DNA of 64,000 nt from Chamberlinius hualienensis (Eukaryota). This document shows positions 14,201 to 26,883 of the stretch, piece after piece. Numbering within the stretch: position 1 is the first letter of the stretch; each line of letters begins with the position of its first letter. The stretch spans positions 1,238,979-1,302,978 of the forward strand of contig BAAGAE010000031.1 of assembly GCA_054772095.1 (NCBI GenBank), read 5' to 3'. A program made the position numbers and the translations under genes. Under the pieces are notes generated by a model that had not been told where the DNA came from, did not search any database, and saw nothing but the letters and a program-made list of their open reading frames with translations.

Positions 14201-17200
14201 GTTGTAATGCAATACAAAACTTACCCTATGTTCGCTTTTGTCCTTGCTTCAAAATCGGTTCGTAACCCACTGTCAAATTCATGCATGATTTCATCGTCGG
14301 TTATTGCAGCACCTGTGGTCACTGGTCTCGACTGAATCAGATTATTGTAATCTGATTAAAACTCCATTTTATTGATAAATATCATTATCGAACCTGTAAA
14401 ATGTAGAGATGATCTTGAATGATCGCCCATTCAAGATCTCGAGCATTTCCATAACGTTTTTCCAAGTAAATGGCAATTTGAGCTAATTTTAATATTAAAT
14501 GATCGTTTATAGAGCACTGTGCTTTCTCGGAATGTGAAATATCTTGGTTTATTGTTCCACCACTTTCTAAATTAAAAAATGATTAATTTTTGTATGGTTT
14601 AAAAAAGGGCTAGTACTGACTTACCAGAGATAATCATTTTTAGATTTTTAGCTCCAATTTGTTTCTGGGCAATTTCTAAGTCGTCCTGAAAACTTCTTCG
14701 CACAACAATTGTGTCTGGGTCAGATAAAGCAGATACGACACTCTATAGTAAAATTTAGTTGTTCATTCTTAAAAAATCATTATTTGTGTTTTAAAAAGTA
14801 ATACTTCTCCCAGGCCATAGTTAGACGTGATGATGATTGAGCTACTGTTGCCTGTTAGTGGATCACGGCTAAATAAAACGCCAGCTGAATCAGCTGGTAT
14901 CATCACTTGAACAACAACTCCCATTTCACCATCAATTATTTGCCCATTTTGTCTAGCAATTTAATGAAAATTTATTGTATCAAATACTGTATTGTAAAAT
15001 AAGTCAAATAAAAGACCTTCGATATTCCACTGAACGAAATGAAAACTGAGATGCCCAACATTTAACAATAGATTCGCAAATCTGAAAATATTTTCGGAAA
15101 TTAACTTCAATATTACCCGTAATAATATTAAATGATTTAATTTACGTTGTCAATCCCTTGTATTCCTAAATAAGTTTCATTTTGTCCAGCTGATGACAAG
15201 TCTTCGCCATCCTCACCTACAACAATATATTAATTAAAGAAAATTATGAAATATGTATCGACGGTACCAATAGCTGAAGATCTGATTGCAAATTTGTTGT
15301 TATCAACATCTTGTCCAAATAATTTTTCTAACTCTTTAGCAACGTCTTGTCTGACTTCATCTGGGATTTGAGTTTTTGATATCAACTCTACACAGCTTTC
15401 AAATAATACAAAATAGCAATTTAGAAACACAATTCGACATATAAATGCGAAAAATACCTCTTGCAAACGTCTTCTAAAGAGATGCAAATTTTCCGTCTAA
15501 AAGACAAAAGAATTTAGATTTAAGTATCAACAGTACTTTCAACTTTTTTTTTTATAAGGCTAGATATTTACCCAGCAACATCTACTAAATGTGATATGGC
15601 TGATTTGACTTTTTCGTTTCGATTGAGCAATAATTCAAATCCATATTTTGTGACGCAGACTCCATCTGGTATTGAGAACTATTGCAAATCAAAGAGATGA
15701 CTGATTAATAGTTTAATAAACAGTTAATTTCAAGACCAATAACCTTTTTAATGTCGTCATCCAACAACTCTTTTCTTATTTCCTTAAGATGAGCTAAGCT
15801 GGCTCCTTTGCCACCAACAAGTTGACCACCCTGACATAACGAATCTTCCAAATTCACCACTAATTTTGTTGTTTTGGGAAGGTCTAGATAAAAGAATAAT
15901 TGGTAAAACACTTTATTCAAATAAAGTAATTTTTACCAGGTTCCTTGATAAGTGGTAGAACAGGGGGCCTGATAATTGGACATATTTTTTCGTGAGGTTT
16001 GGCAATATAAATAAATCCGTAGCCACTGTCCCCATTATGCAATTTAAAACTAATAGGAGAAACCAAAATTTCGGATTTCCATTGAAGTCCTCCAAATACC
16101 CGAAATCCCTGATTATTATCTACTGTTGCGCTGAATTTGTAGAGTTCTTTACCTGTTATAAATTCTACTGTAATAATTATTTTACAATGAAAAGTTAATG
16201 TTGTGCCATTTACATGAAGTTTTAAAGTCAAATTTGATTGATGAAGGAAGATGAGCACTGGATGTCCAGTTGTCAATGTCCCAATTAAGTTTAGTTATGT
16301 AGGGCTTTGTCACGTCAAAAGGAATTGTAACATATCCATTAACAATACTACAAAAATAAAATTCGAAAGTTATTTGTGAAAAGATGATTTTAAGCCACTA
16401 CTTACTTTTTAACAAGCTTATTATGCGGTTGACCATTTAATACGTTTGTAGAGTTTATAGTGTTGTTGACTTCAATATGTAATCCGGTACCTTTCTGTAA
16501 ACAGTTGAAACTTGTTTCAGAATAAGTCATTACTGAATAAACATCATCATATAACTTTCACCTTAGTATAGCCTTTAATTACAGCCCACTGTTTAACATT
16601 ATTCCAGTCTAAAACACCTAATAAATGTTTAAGATATTAATTAAAAATGCAGTCATTTTTTAAAGACAGAATTACCATATCTTCTTTCCCTTGATCCTCT
16701 CAGAAGTAGTCGCTGCTCTTTATCATTTTCAATATTTATTCTTCCGTACCAGTGACCCCAGTTTTCAAAATTTTCAAAAGGAACCCTATTAAAAATTTAA
16801 ACCGAGATTATTAATTTCATTTTTAACAATAATATTATTTTACGTACAATTGCGGATTCTTTAAGAAATCTTTTGTCCATTCTGATTGAGCTAAAAAATC
16901 AGCTACCATTGAAGCATCATAAAAATTTTGGAATGATCGATAATAAGAGCTAGGATGATATCTATGAAATAATGAAAAAAACATGCCAAAATTATATTCC
17001 TATTCAGCAGTTTTTTCTGTTCATATAATTTATTTCTTACGTAAAACAAAATCTGACATTAACAATGTTGTCGTCATCAACTTCAGCCCACTTTTGCTTA
17101 ATTCCTTTCCTTAAAAATTACAATACAATTAACTGCAATACTTTTTGGAAAAAATTTCAAAATTTGACTTTCAACCTGAGTTGACCGTTAAATGTGATTC

Positions 17201-17680
17201 GGCATCGTCGAAGTGGTTCATGAACTTCAACGTTAAGTCCAGCTGCACTGAAGGATTTGCCATCTGTATGACATACTACAGTATCCGGATGGAATGGCAG
17301 TTGATAAATGTCACCATTTGATAACTTTAAATATAAACTAACTTCAGAAACGCGATTTGGTCGACGCCATATGGAAATCATTAATAAGTTTCCTTTTTCA
17401 TCACCACCCCAAATATCAATAATGTCCGCTCCCTAAAAACTGAAATGTTAATAATTATACTACAATCAATCGGAGGACAACTTACATGCGGATGAGCAGG
17501 GATGGGTCTTGGACGGTCTTTTTCCCAAACATCTTCAGGATTAAAAACTCCCAATTTTCTAAGATCATTTGTGCCGATGGCATAAGAAAGTATAGGCTGC
17601 TTCTGCTTTATGATTTTTCGAGCTTTATAGTATATGGCGATATATTTTATCCAGTACAATAAACTGTCTGAAAAATACAA
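11277..17680 (-). CDS. PEP-synthase/pyruvate-phosphate-dikinase-like protein (PPDK_N + PEP-utilizers domains), paralog A
   Basis: Putative ATG at 17680. Exon 1 ends ..DLRKLGVFNPEDVWEKDRPRPIPAHPH|gtaagt. Exon 2 (17159-17460) GADIIDIWGGDEKGNLLMISIWRRPNRVSEVSLYLKLSNGDIYQLPFHPDTVVCHTDGKSFSAAGLNVEVHEPLRRCRITFNGQL ends at donor AG|gttgaa. ATP-grasp exon DLPKTTKLVVNLEDSLCQGGQLVGGKGASLAHLKEIRKELLDDDIKK (ORF 15705-15920). Region 13294-13602 aligns to the GIxxxKxLxxAVxxYQNYTDPSL exon of B/C. C-terminal swivel domain GDILITHSTDIGWSPYFPLLSGIVTELG and VVTGAVVAREYGL at 11460-11790. Terminal exon ..DHVHLDSNNGILRKLNASPS, stop TAG 11277-11279. Only partly reconstructed; more diverged from B/C than they are from each other. 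Confidence 0.7.
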
Positions 17681-18140
17681 TATCGATACAAAATTTAAAA
17701 AATGACGAATTCAATAGGTCTCACGTAATGTTATTCTTTATGGGTGGCATACAATACTTGCGAGATATTTATTAATAATATAATTGATTAACATTAACAT
17801 GCGGTGTCACTGGGAAAATTCTGATACTGAAATCCAAATACAATCATAATAATTGTTTTATCAGCATTCCAACCACTAGTTATTTTATTGTGGAATTACG
17901 ACATTTGGCACATGTCGCTTGGGCGTATGTCAAGTACTGCAGGGTCTTCAAGATGTGATTTCGTAACATGCCCATGCCACTTAACAATGACTTTTTTAAA
18001 AGTTTAATCACTGAGTTATGACAACAGATTCACAACATTTCACCAGTTTCAAAAAATTGTTTAAACCAATAACTTTATTATAAATATTAGTAGATTAGGC
18101 CACTTTTATCTTTAAAAGTTTTAGTATAGTTTATGTTACA

Positions 18141-18190
18141 CTATAAATTTGAGTTGAATCAAACACTATAAATTTGAGTTGAATCAATGT
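18141..18190. repeat. Tandem duplication, ~25-bp unit (cactataaatttgagttgaatcaa) x2
   Basis: Read directly; intergenic between PEPS-like A (5') and B (3'). Confidence 0.7.
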
Positions 18191-19246
18191 AGGCATTGCA
18201 TATCGTATCTACAGTAGTTTTCGCCAGGAATGAAGAACTCAGAAATACTACTGAAACATTGAAATGAAGCCTGCATTAAGAAATCATGGCCTTGATATAA
18301 CATACAGTGCATGTAACTAAGTAAATGTGTCAAGTTTTTAGGCTCTAGCACACGAATGGAAAACTTTATAGTACTCAAATACACATCTAATCATTTATAA
18401 TAAGTTAATTACATACTGTGCTGTACATTTTGCCAGTTGGGGGTCGTCCATAAATATATATAACGTTGAACATTATTATAACGGCGAACATTACAATAAG
18501 TTATAGTGGATTTGCTTACTTCGTTTTGTTTCTTTAATTAAAACCTTCTTAAACAGCCAGCCAAAAAAACTGATGAGCATTATTCCAATCATTCCCAATT
18601 TTCAAGTTAGTTTTTGATACTGTAGCTGTTCCAATCTTCAGGAACTTTACTAACTGTCTGTTCGTTGTTTCTTCACTTGCGAAGTTGCTAAATCACTTTT
18701 GTAGGAGGTTCAACAAAGCAAAAGGACTACACGACCTTGAATTTAACCTACCCAGCTGACTACAGTGATTTTCTTAGAGGGGCTGTCTTAGAGGAGAATT
18801 TTAAGAATTACGAGAGAAGTCACAATCCTCGTATGCATGGAATCTTTTGCATGTACAAACTCGAATAAAACAACATTTACCAAATTTGAAATGAGTTTCC
18901 AAGTGAGAGCGATAACCTTTTTAATGATAAGATATGGTCTGTTCAATCCTACATTTATTATTTATCTATAGGAAGTTCATATTTTAAAAGTTCATATTCA
19001 AGACAATAAACAAACATTTAACAAAAAAAATCGTGTTTGTTGATATAATAGTGGCAAAATGATTTACAGCCTAGTCCATTATTTCAAAACTTATTCAGTT
19101 ACAGTAATTTAATAATTCTGAATTATGACTTTACAATATATTACCGCAATTTTATTACCATTTCAAGATATATACAATTAAAATTGATTATAAATATCAA
19201 AGTAGTCGAAATTTCACCGTGATCAAAATGTAATATTTACGGAAAA

Positions 19247-22200
19247 TTAGAGCTCATTATTTTCATGTTTTTCTAATTTTGTTATTGTTCCTTTTGACGC
19301 ATCCAATAACACCATATCTCCTATAATTCAAAAAAAAAAATACTGGTTATCTGTTAATTATCTAATAATACGAGTAACCGTATCTACGTAAAGTACCGAA
19401 TTTGATAGTGTTTACCTGTTTGAAATACTCTTGTGGCATATTGTGCACCAATTACGCAAGGCAATCCAAATTCTCGAGCAACTACAGCTCCTAACGCATA
19501 TAAAAATGATTGTACTTAATTTAGTAATTCCGAGAATCATAAAAGAATATGTAAACTTACCGTGTGAAATGAGTCCACCTATTTCAGTTACAACTCCCCC
19601 CAACATAGGAAAGTAAGGACTCCAACCAATGTCAGTGGCATATGTAATTAAAATTTCTCCAGGCTGATTTAATTAACAGAGTTAATGTGCAAATTAATTT
19701 TCAGTGATAACCTTTATTACGCACCTGAATTGTGTGCACATCGTGAAACGATGTAATTACTCTGGCTCGGCCTTCGATTATTCCTTGAGAAACTGGATAA
19801 CCTAAAAAAAACCAATTATATCTTGATAAAAGAAAGGACTTTGTAATAATTTTCTCAACCCACCTTTAATTTCGACGGCATCATCAGATAGTGGCAATTT
19901 GACATTATCATCAATCTAAAAGTTAGTTAATAATCTTTATTCTTTTATAAAAAAAAAAAAAAATAGCTCTAAACGTGATGCTTACTGGAACCGGAAATCC
20001 TGTAATCATTTCTTCAAACTTCAATTTATCCATATATGAATGTAGACGCATACGTTGTTTAGCTCTGGAATATTAATAATTTGAAAAGTTTAAATCAACA
20101 CACTTAAATCAACCATTAATCGAGTCACCACCTTTGAATTAGTAGGGGGGATCGAGTTTTAAGTAGCCGATCAATCTCGTCTAAACTTAAAAAAAGGATT
20201 AAATTTGCATCGGGTATTAATCCTTCTTCGACCATTAGTTTCCCAAGACGACGATATCCCAAACGTAAGCCGTGGTAAACTTTAATGACCATTGACTGGA
20301 AAATTTGAATTGATATATCCAATAGGTATTATATGAAAATAAAGAACTATAAAATAATTATACACTGTATACCTTTGTTAATTCTCTATTACAAACACCT
20401 CGTCGACCTTTTGCAAGTACCCATCTTAAAAGTCTTCTAAAAATCAATATAACATTTTGAAATTGCTATATTTAATTATCACTCAATCACGGAGAAAATA
20501 TTCATAGCATTGTATATTGACCGTTGTATTGGACCTAATGGCGTTTTAATACCACTAATTACGTCATCAAGCGTTTTTTCCTTCTTATCAACTGAAAGAG
20601 TCGGAGCTTTTAACATATTCTGAAAATTTTGGAATTACATTTATACGAACCGTTTAATGGAATGAAAAAAGATATTTGGCTGTTACCTTAACAACTGTTA
20701 CTATTTGTGTTGGATCCAATGCCCAAGTTACGCAACTCATGTCAAACTACACAAAATCAATAAACAATTAGACAATGCGAATTAAACGTTTATTGAAATT
20801 TATATACTTCTTTCAATCCCCTGTGTCCATGGCGCTCAATGAAATCGTTATACTTTTTACTAACTTCACCGTCTCCATTTTGCAACCACTTCAGCGCTTC
20901 CTATGAAAAAAAGTTTAATAATTGGTCAATTTTGGTATAAACTTAATACTCACAGTTGAATCAAGAGCAATAAACTGTGACGGATCCATCTCCTTTGAAA
21001 CTGCATTAGCTAATTCCTAATAGTTGTTTAATCCGTTATCTGAATATATCTTAATTTAATTATAAAATTTACTTGCAAACTAAACGGCACATTTCCACTT
21101 TCAGCACCATTACTACTGCCAACTAAATAAGCGAAATCTGAATACTGGTCCAGACCAAAATCTACAATAGTTTTAAATTTTGAGTTATATTTAACGCTAA
21201 ATTTAATTAAACGTTAATTAAACGCGAGTTATATTTAATTGGTAATGCCTACATACCACCATCTCCTTTAGAAAGAATGTTTAAAATCATGAAGTTCCAC
21301 GTTGTTGACGACATTGTTATGTACATATGTGCTAACATTGCCTACAAAATGTTAAAAAGTATTTGTTAGTTTTAAAGTAAATCAAATAATTAAAAAAATT
21401 ATTACTCGTTCTACGTCAATTAAATGCTGACCAATGAGGTCAAAGGCTTTTCAGCTGTGTCACCACTTAATGAAGGATCAGTGTAATTTTGATATTGTCG
21501 AACTGCATCATTTAAAAATTTTTTTCCATTAAAAATACCCTATAAATAACATCTGAAAATCAGTCATCGTCTTGACTATACACATAATATTTAGACTTAC
21601 TTTAAGTCCCATAGTCATTAAAAACATTTGACTTTTCAAGGGGGGTTTTGTAAAGCGTTCACTTGCAATTTTGGCCACATCGTCATCATCTAAAACTCTA
21701 CCATAAAAAGCAACTTCAACTGCTTTTGACAAGGCAGATTTTTTCTTTTCGAAATTCCAAGCTTTCAACTGTTAACATAGTATTTATTTTAGCATAAATA
21801 AGTGTGACAGTTAAAACAAAATCACGTGTTTACCTGGACACGTTCATTCATAACATGACCGTAAAATAAACCAACCGCATAAGGAATCGTTGGATCATAG
21901 CGATGATAAGGCATTTTCCATATAAACATTTTCTAAATCAAGTTCACAAATATATTAATATAAAGCAATGAAATGTTATTAAGTATAACTGTTTTACGTG
22001 TATCAATGAACCTTGAGCCTTCATAGCTGAGGTAACAGTAACAGGTGTCGACGCACCAGGCATCACTTCTCTGCGTTTTTAAATAAATATTAATAAACCT
22101 TAATTATCAATGCAACTGCATATGTTGTTAAGTCATTTTATTATAAAGCTTATATCGACTTTAAAAAAATCAAAAAGACTTTCAGCATTCGAAGTTGAAC

Positions 22201-25200
22201 TAATTACTCACCCAACATTGGCAGTACTGAATGGCTCTTCGTCTACTCTTAAAACAGTATCAAACTCATGCATTATTTCAAAGAAGGTCAAATTGTTGTT
22301 GCCAGTAATCGGCCTCGACTGTTCAAATACAAAATAAATAAGTATAAAAGAATCTAATGGCTATTGCAGAATTTCATACTTGTAGAAGATAAATGGTTCC
22401 ATTACAAACTGCCCATTCAATATCTCGACCCGTGCCAAAGCATTTTTCCAAATAAAGCGCAATGTTTCCAAGTTGAACAGCCAATTCATTATCGACTGTT
22501 AACTTTGAGCATTGATCAGCGTCTAGTTCAATTGCATAAGTGCCTCCATCCTCTGCAAGATGTAAAAAAAACCATTTGAAATGAATAACTTCTCGATATT
22601 AAGAAAATGTACCGTTCATAGTTATCATATTTTTCTTGCTTCCAATTACATTATCGTCAGTTGTATGCAGTTTATCATTCCACGTTCTGCGAAGTATTAT
22701 GTAGTCTGGCTCTGCACTGGCTGACACGACACTCTTCATTGACGCAATTCATAGCCAAATAAAGACAATGTTACAGCAAAAAATCACACTCAACAAATGT
22801 TTGTTTACCTCTCCAAGACCGAAATTAGACGTTATAACCATTTTGGCCGAACTGCCAGTAATTGGATCTCGGCTGAATAAAACACCTGCAATTTCAGCAT
22901 TTACCATCTCTTGGATTACAACTCCCATACCAGCGTATAACGGCTGACCGTTTTGCCTAAGTATTTTGACTGCGTTTTAAGTATAATGGAATTAAAACCT
23001 CACACCTACTATAATATCCATACCTTTTATATTCGATTGAACGATAGGCAAACTGTGAAGCCCAACAATTAACAACTGCTAAAAAAATCTGTTTAAAAAC
23101 ATTTAGCCAATAATGAGAAAGTTACATATAACGTGCAATTAGTAGTTTTTTACATTTTCAGTCCCTTTCACTCCTAAAATGGTATCATTCTGTCCAGCGG
23201 CTGATAGTTCTTCTCCATCTTCGCCTTCAATTAAATATTTAATATAGCATTACAGCCTAATTTAAAGAAAAAAATTTAATTTTAAATTCTTTTACCGACT
23301 GCTGAAGACCGAATTGCAAATCTTTTAGTTTCGTAGTTTTCACCAAATAAGTCTTCTAGTTTAGTAACTATAGTCGTTTTAAGAATTTCTGATAAAACAG
23401 TAGCAATCACTGCAGCATACATGCTAATTAATCACGAATAACATGATAATATTAACATGATAAATCGATCGATTCAATAAAAAATAAATAGTTACTTTTT
23501 GCACTCATCTTCTAACGATCCATGATTATGTCTGTTAAATTAAAATATGATTAAAGAAATTTCATTTTGGTGAGTAGTGGCAAAAAACAAACCCAGCTGT
23601 GTATTTTAGCTGTGCGATAGAGTTATTCAAATGGGAATTATTTTTCAAATGTAAATCAAATGCTGTCTTCGTTAAACAAAATCCATCCGGAATGCTAAAC
23701 TGTAATTGCGATTAGTTAAATATATATATAAAATATATGCACCTCAATAATTAAATTATTACGTTTTTTAGTTGAGAATCCAACGAACTCATCAATGCTA
23801 ATGATGAACCTTTGCCACCAACAATTTGGCTACTTTTACAATTTTCTTCGCTAAAATCCACCACTATTTCATTGCACTGTGTTATATGAGCTAGAAGTTT
23901 TTTAAAAATGAGTTCAGTGATTGAATCACTTAATAATAATATTTTCAGCGACAATAACTAACTTAAATCCAAAAGCTGTGGTACGGAATCCCGAATAGTG
24001 ACAGGACAATGTGTTTGATTTTCATTTGGCACTGAAATTTCAACAATTCCTTCTCCCTCCGATGCATTTAGGTTTACTTTCACACTGAAAATATTTACAA
24101 TTCGGTTCCACTGCTGACCTGAATAAACGGTCATTCCAGAAACGCGTTCAACTTTTAGCGTATATTTAACACCATCTAAAGTTTGACTTATTTTTTATTC
24201 ATAAATTTAAAACACCTGAATTTGATTTACAAACCAGCTATAAAATTAATGACCGAATTATCTGGAAATGTTTCTGGATTTTTCTTTAGCATCTCAAAAT
24301 CTATATGGTAATCATTGACAGGTAGTATTCTTATACTGTCGGGACTGCAAACGTAGCCATAAACAAAACTATAAAAATGTAAGAATTTAATGTATCAAAT
24401 CTCTTTTTCTTAATCCTGCAATGGGCAGTAATATTACTTTTGCAAAATATTATCACATTCTGCAAACAAATGAAAAGTCGTTCCATTCTGTAAAATACAT
24501 AAATAAACCAAAAAAAAGTTCTTTTGAATAATGTTTATAAACTCATGGAATATGAAACGTACGTGGAGAACTCCTTGATAGGAAAATGTCAATTGATCTC
24601 CTTGAGGAATGCCTATTAATGGTAATTTTTAAGTTATAATGTCTTTGTTAACGCAATGTTTATTTTGTCACCATGTTTTCTGGCTTTTAGCCCTCTTAGC
24701 AACAGTTCAGTGTTCTGGTTATTGATCGTTATTACACCATGTAATTGACCAAATTGCTCTTGCCAATCCTGAGTAAATCTTTTTTAAAAAAAATTGAAAT
24801 GGTTATTTTCGCTGGTTGATCGTCATTATATTTGACTTACAAATCATATGGGGATGGTGGCTCTGTTTTTTGTTTAGCAAACAATTTCACCATACTAGGA
24901 ACACTAAAATCTTCAGGAAATCCCATATAACCGTGAATAGGATGCCAACTGTATCAGACAAGAAATATTCATGTTAAGTAAATTTTAAGTGATCAGCAAT
25001 TATTACAGCTAAAGCCTTTAAAACGGATTTTACATTTTATCATTTGTGATTTGTGATATCTTTATCATATACGATCATCCTATTTTTCCAATATCATTAT
25101 TTAAACACTTATAATATTACTATCATTTGATAGTGAAACTCCATGTCCATACCTTTCCATACAAAAAAACACCAATTATTAACAGTTAGACTAAATTGTA

Positions 25201-25954
25201 AAAGTTAATGCCGATATAATATATTTTTAAAATATATTATATGAATTGGAAGTGTTTCTTGTGACCGCTAGTTAGACTTATGAATGAACTTACATAAAAT
25301 TAAATCGTACTTCGACTACATCTGATTCGCTTTCATCCCAAGTCGAACGTACTCCTTTCCTATAAGAATAAGAAAAGCATTAAACTATTTCCACCACCTT
25401 ATGAAGTTTAATTATAGCGTATTTGCCTTAGATAACCGTTGAATATTATTCTCCATATTCGTAATGGTTCAATAACTTCAAAAGTCAAACCTGCAGCTGA
25501 AAAACTTCTACCGTCTGTATTATAAGCACAGACATGTGGGTGATGTGGAAGTTGATATTGTACACCATCGCTCAGTCTTAAATACAGCATAACCTCAGCC
25601 AATCTGTTATTTTTTCGTGTAATTCTTGTGAACAGGACACAACCATCACGACGAACACCACAAAAACCAAGCGAATCAATAACCTACATCATAAAAAGAG
25701 CCAAATTACATTAATTAATAGATTTTATTAAATTTCCTTTGATACTTTTATTTGCAGGTTTTTAGATCAATACTTTATTAATAACTTACATGTTCAGATG
25801 ACAGTTGTCTTGGACAATCTTTCTCCGAAGCTTCAGGTAAAGTTAAAATTCCTTTCTTTCGTAAATCACTCGCTTTAATGTCAAAATCAAACGTCGGTTT
25901 TAGTTTCTTTTTTAAACTGCTAACATAGCGATTGGTGAAAAATGTCTTCTTCAT
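19247..25954 (-). CDS. PEP-synthase/PPDK-like protein, paralog B (tandem duplicate of C; possibly frameshifted)
   Basis: Reconstructed exon chain: 25790-25954 (ATG 25954; MKKTFFTNRYVSSLKKKLKPTFDFDIKASDLRKKGILTLPEASEKDCPRQLSSEH), 25427-25683 (ends AG|gcaaat, a GC donor), 25294-25359, 24841-24948, 24672-24778, 24563-24612, 24438-24487, 24235-24368, 23963-24175, 23763-23890 (..QIVGGKGSSLALMSSLDSQLKN), 23593-23699 (FSIPDGFCLTKTAFDL..), 23496-23531 (36-nt microexon), 23296-23423 (..RFAIRSSAV), 23164-23234, 23024-23088, 22809-22956 (QNGQPLYAGMGVVIQEMVNAEIAGVLFSRDPITGSSAKMVITSNFGLGE), 22613-22733 (SVVSASAEPDYIILRR..), 22380-22552 (..CFGTGRDIEWAVCNGTIYLLQ), 22212-22318 (SRPITGNNNLTFFEIMHEF..), 21998-22070, 21834-21932, 21601-21768, 21406-21539 (134 nt versus 135 nt in C; a 1-nt deficit that shifts frame), then several C-terminal exons (..GGVVTEIGGLISHG.., ..AVVARELGLPCVIG..) to stop TAA 19247-19249 (..DMVLLDASKGTITKLEKHENNEL). 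Every splice phase closes onto the recognisable PPDK_N frame. Confidence 0.7.
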
Positions 25955-26883
25955 TGTGGTACATCGAGATAAATAAAATCCGTTGAAACTGAAATGATTA
26001 TGTCATGACCGTCATTTAATACGGATGCTACCAGGATACAATAAAATGACGAAAAATCTCACAACTCAATGTAAGCTAATAACCAGTTACTGTATATTAT
26101 GGGAACTGTTGACTTGAGGGCATCTTTGGGTGTTGCTGACCTTGTTTTCTGCACTTCACTTTTGATAATAGTATCCGGTTGGCAACTGGGTTGAAATGCA
26201 TTCACGTACACGATCTGTTTAATCTAACCTGTCTTTTTTAAAGCGTTTTCTGAAATTGAATCAGAAGCTTCTTAAGTTGTTTTGACACATTGCACTTGTA
26301 CTGGAAAACGTAAAAGCGTACTCAGTACTGTATTTTTATTTTCAGCATCCATCAAAAATCCTTAATTAATTATACTCCGTCCTTCGAATAATTAAAACGT
26401 TAATTTTACGAGGGACTTTTATAAGGGAATTCCAAGAAGTGGAAATAATTTCGTATGTTTTGAATTTTTTGGCATGTACAAATTTTAATGGCATAATTAA
26501 TCCTGAAATCTAAATGATCATGTAATGAGTTGTCAAGGCTAACGTTTCCATCCGAGTAAAAACTATTTACTAATGGAATATAATAACATAATATAGTCTG
26601 CTTGCTTATAATTCGTTTTGACATTACGTTTATAATAATAATACAGTACTAAAGCAACTTTTTAACAAGTTCAAAAAATAAAAGTTTGAAAATGTTATCC
26701 GTCTTAGACCGTTTTAATAATAACTTTTACTACTACTCCTGTTATTTTAAAAGTTTTAAGAGATAGATCGTGAGACTTCGCAGTCCGATATTAGAGAAAT
26801 TAATTTCGTTAACATTGGATTCAAAACATTTATTCAATATTTAAATTCGCTACACCTTAATTAATAGTGATAACATTAAATTT

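Noticed and set aside
24895-24905. Apparent additional frameshifts in PEPS copy B (near 24900) and in copy C exon 1 (near 33540) on first pass
   Set aside because: On re-reading the sequence, both copies are colinear and in frame at these positions. The apparent indels were my own transcription slips at line boundaries. Only the 21441-21449 difference survived re-checking.
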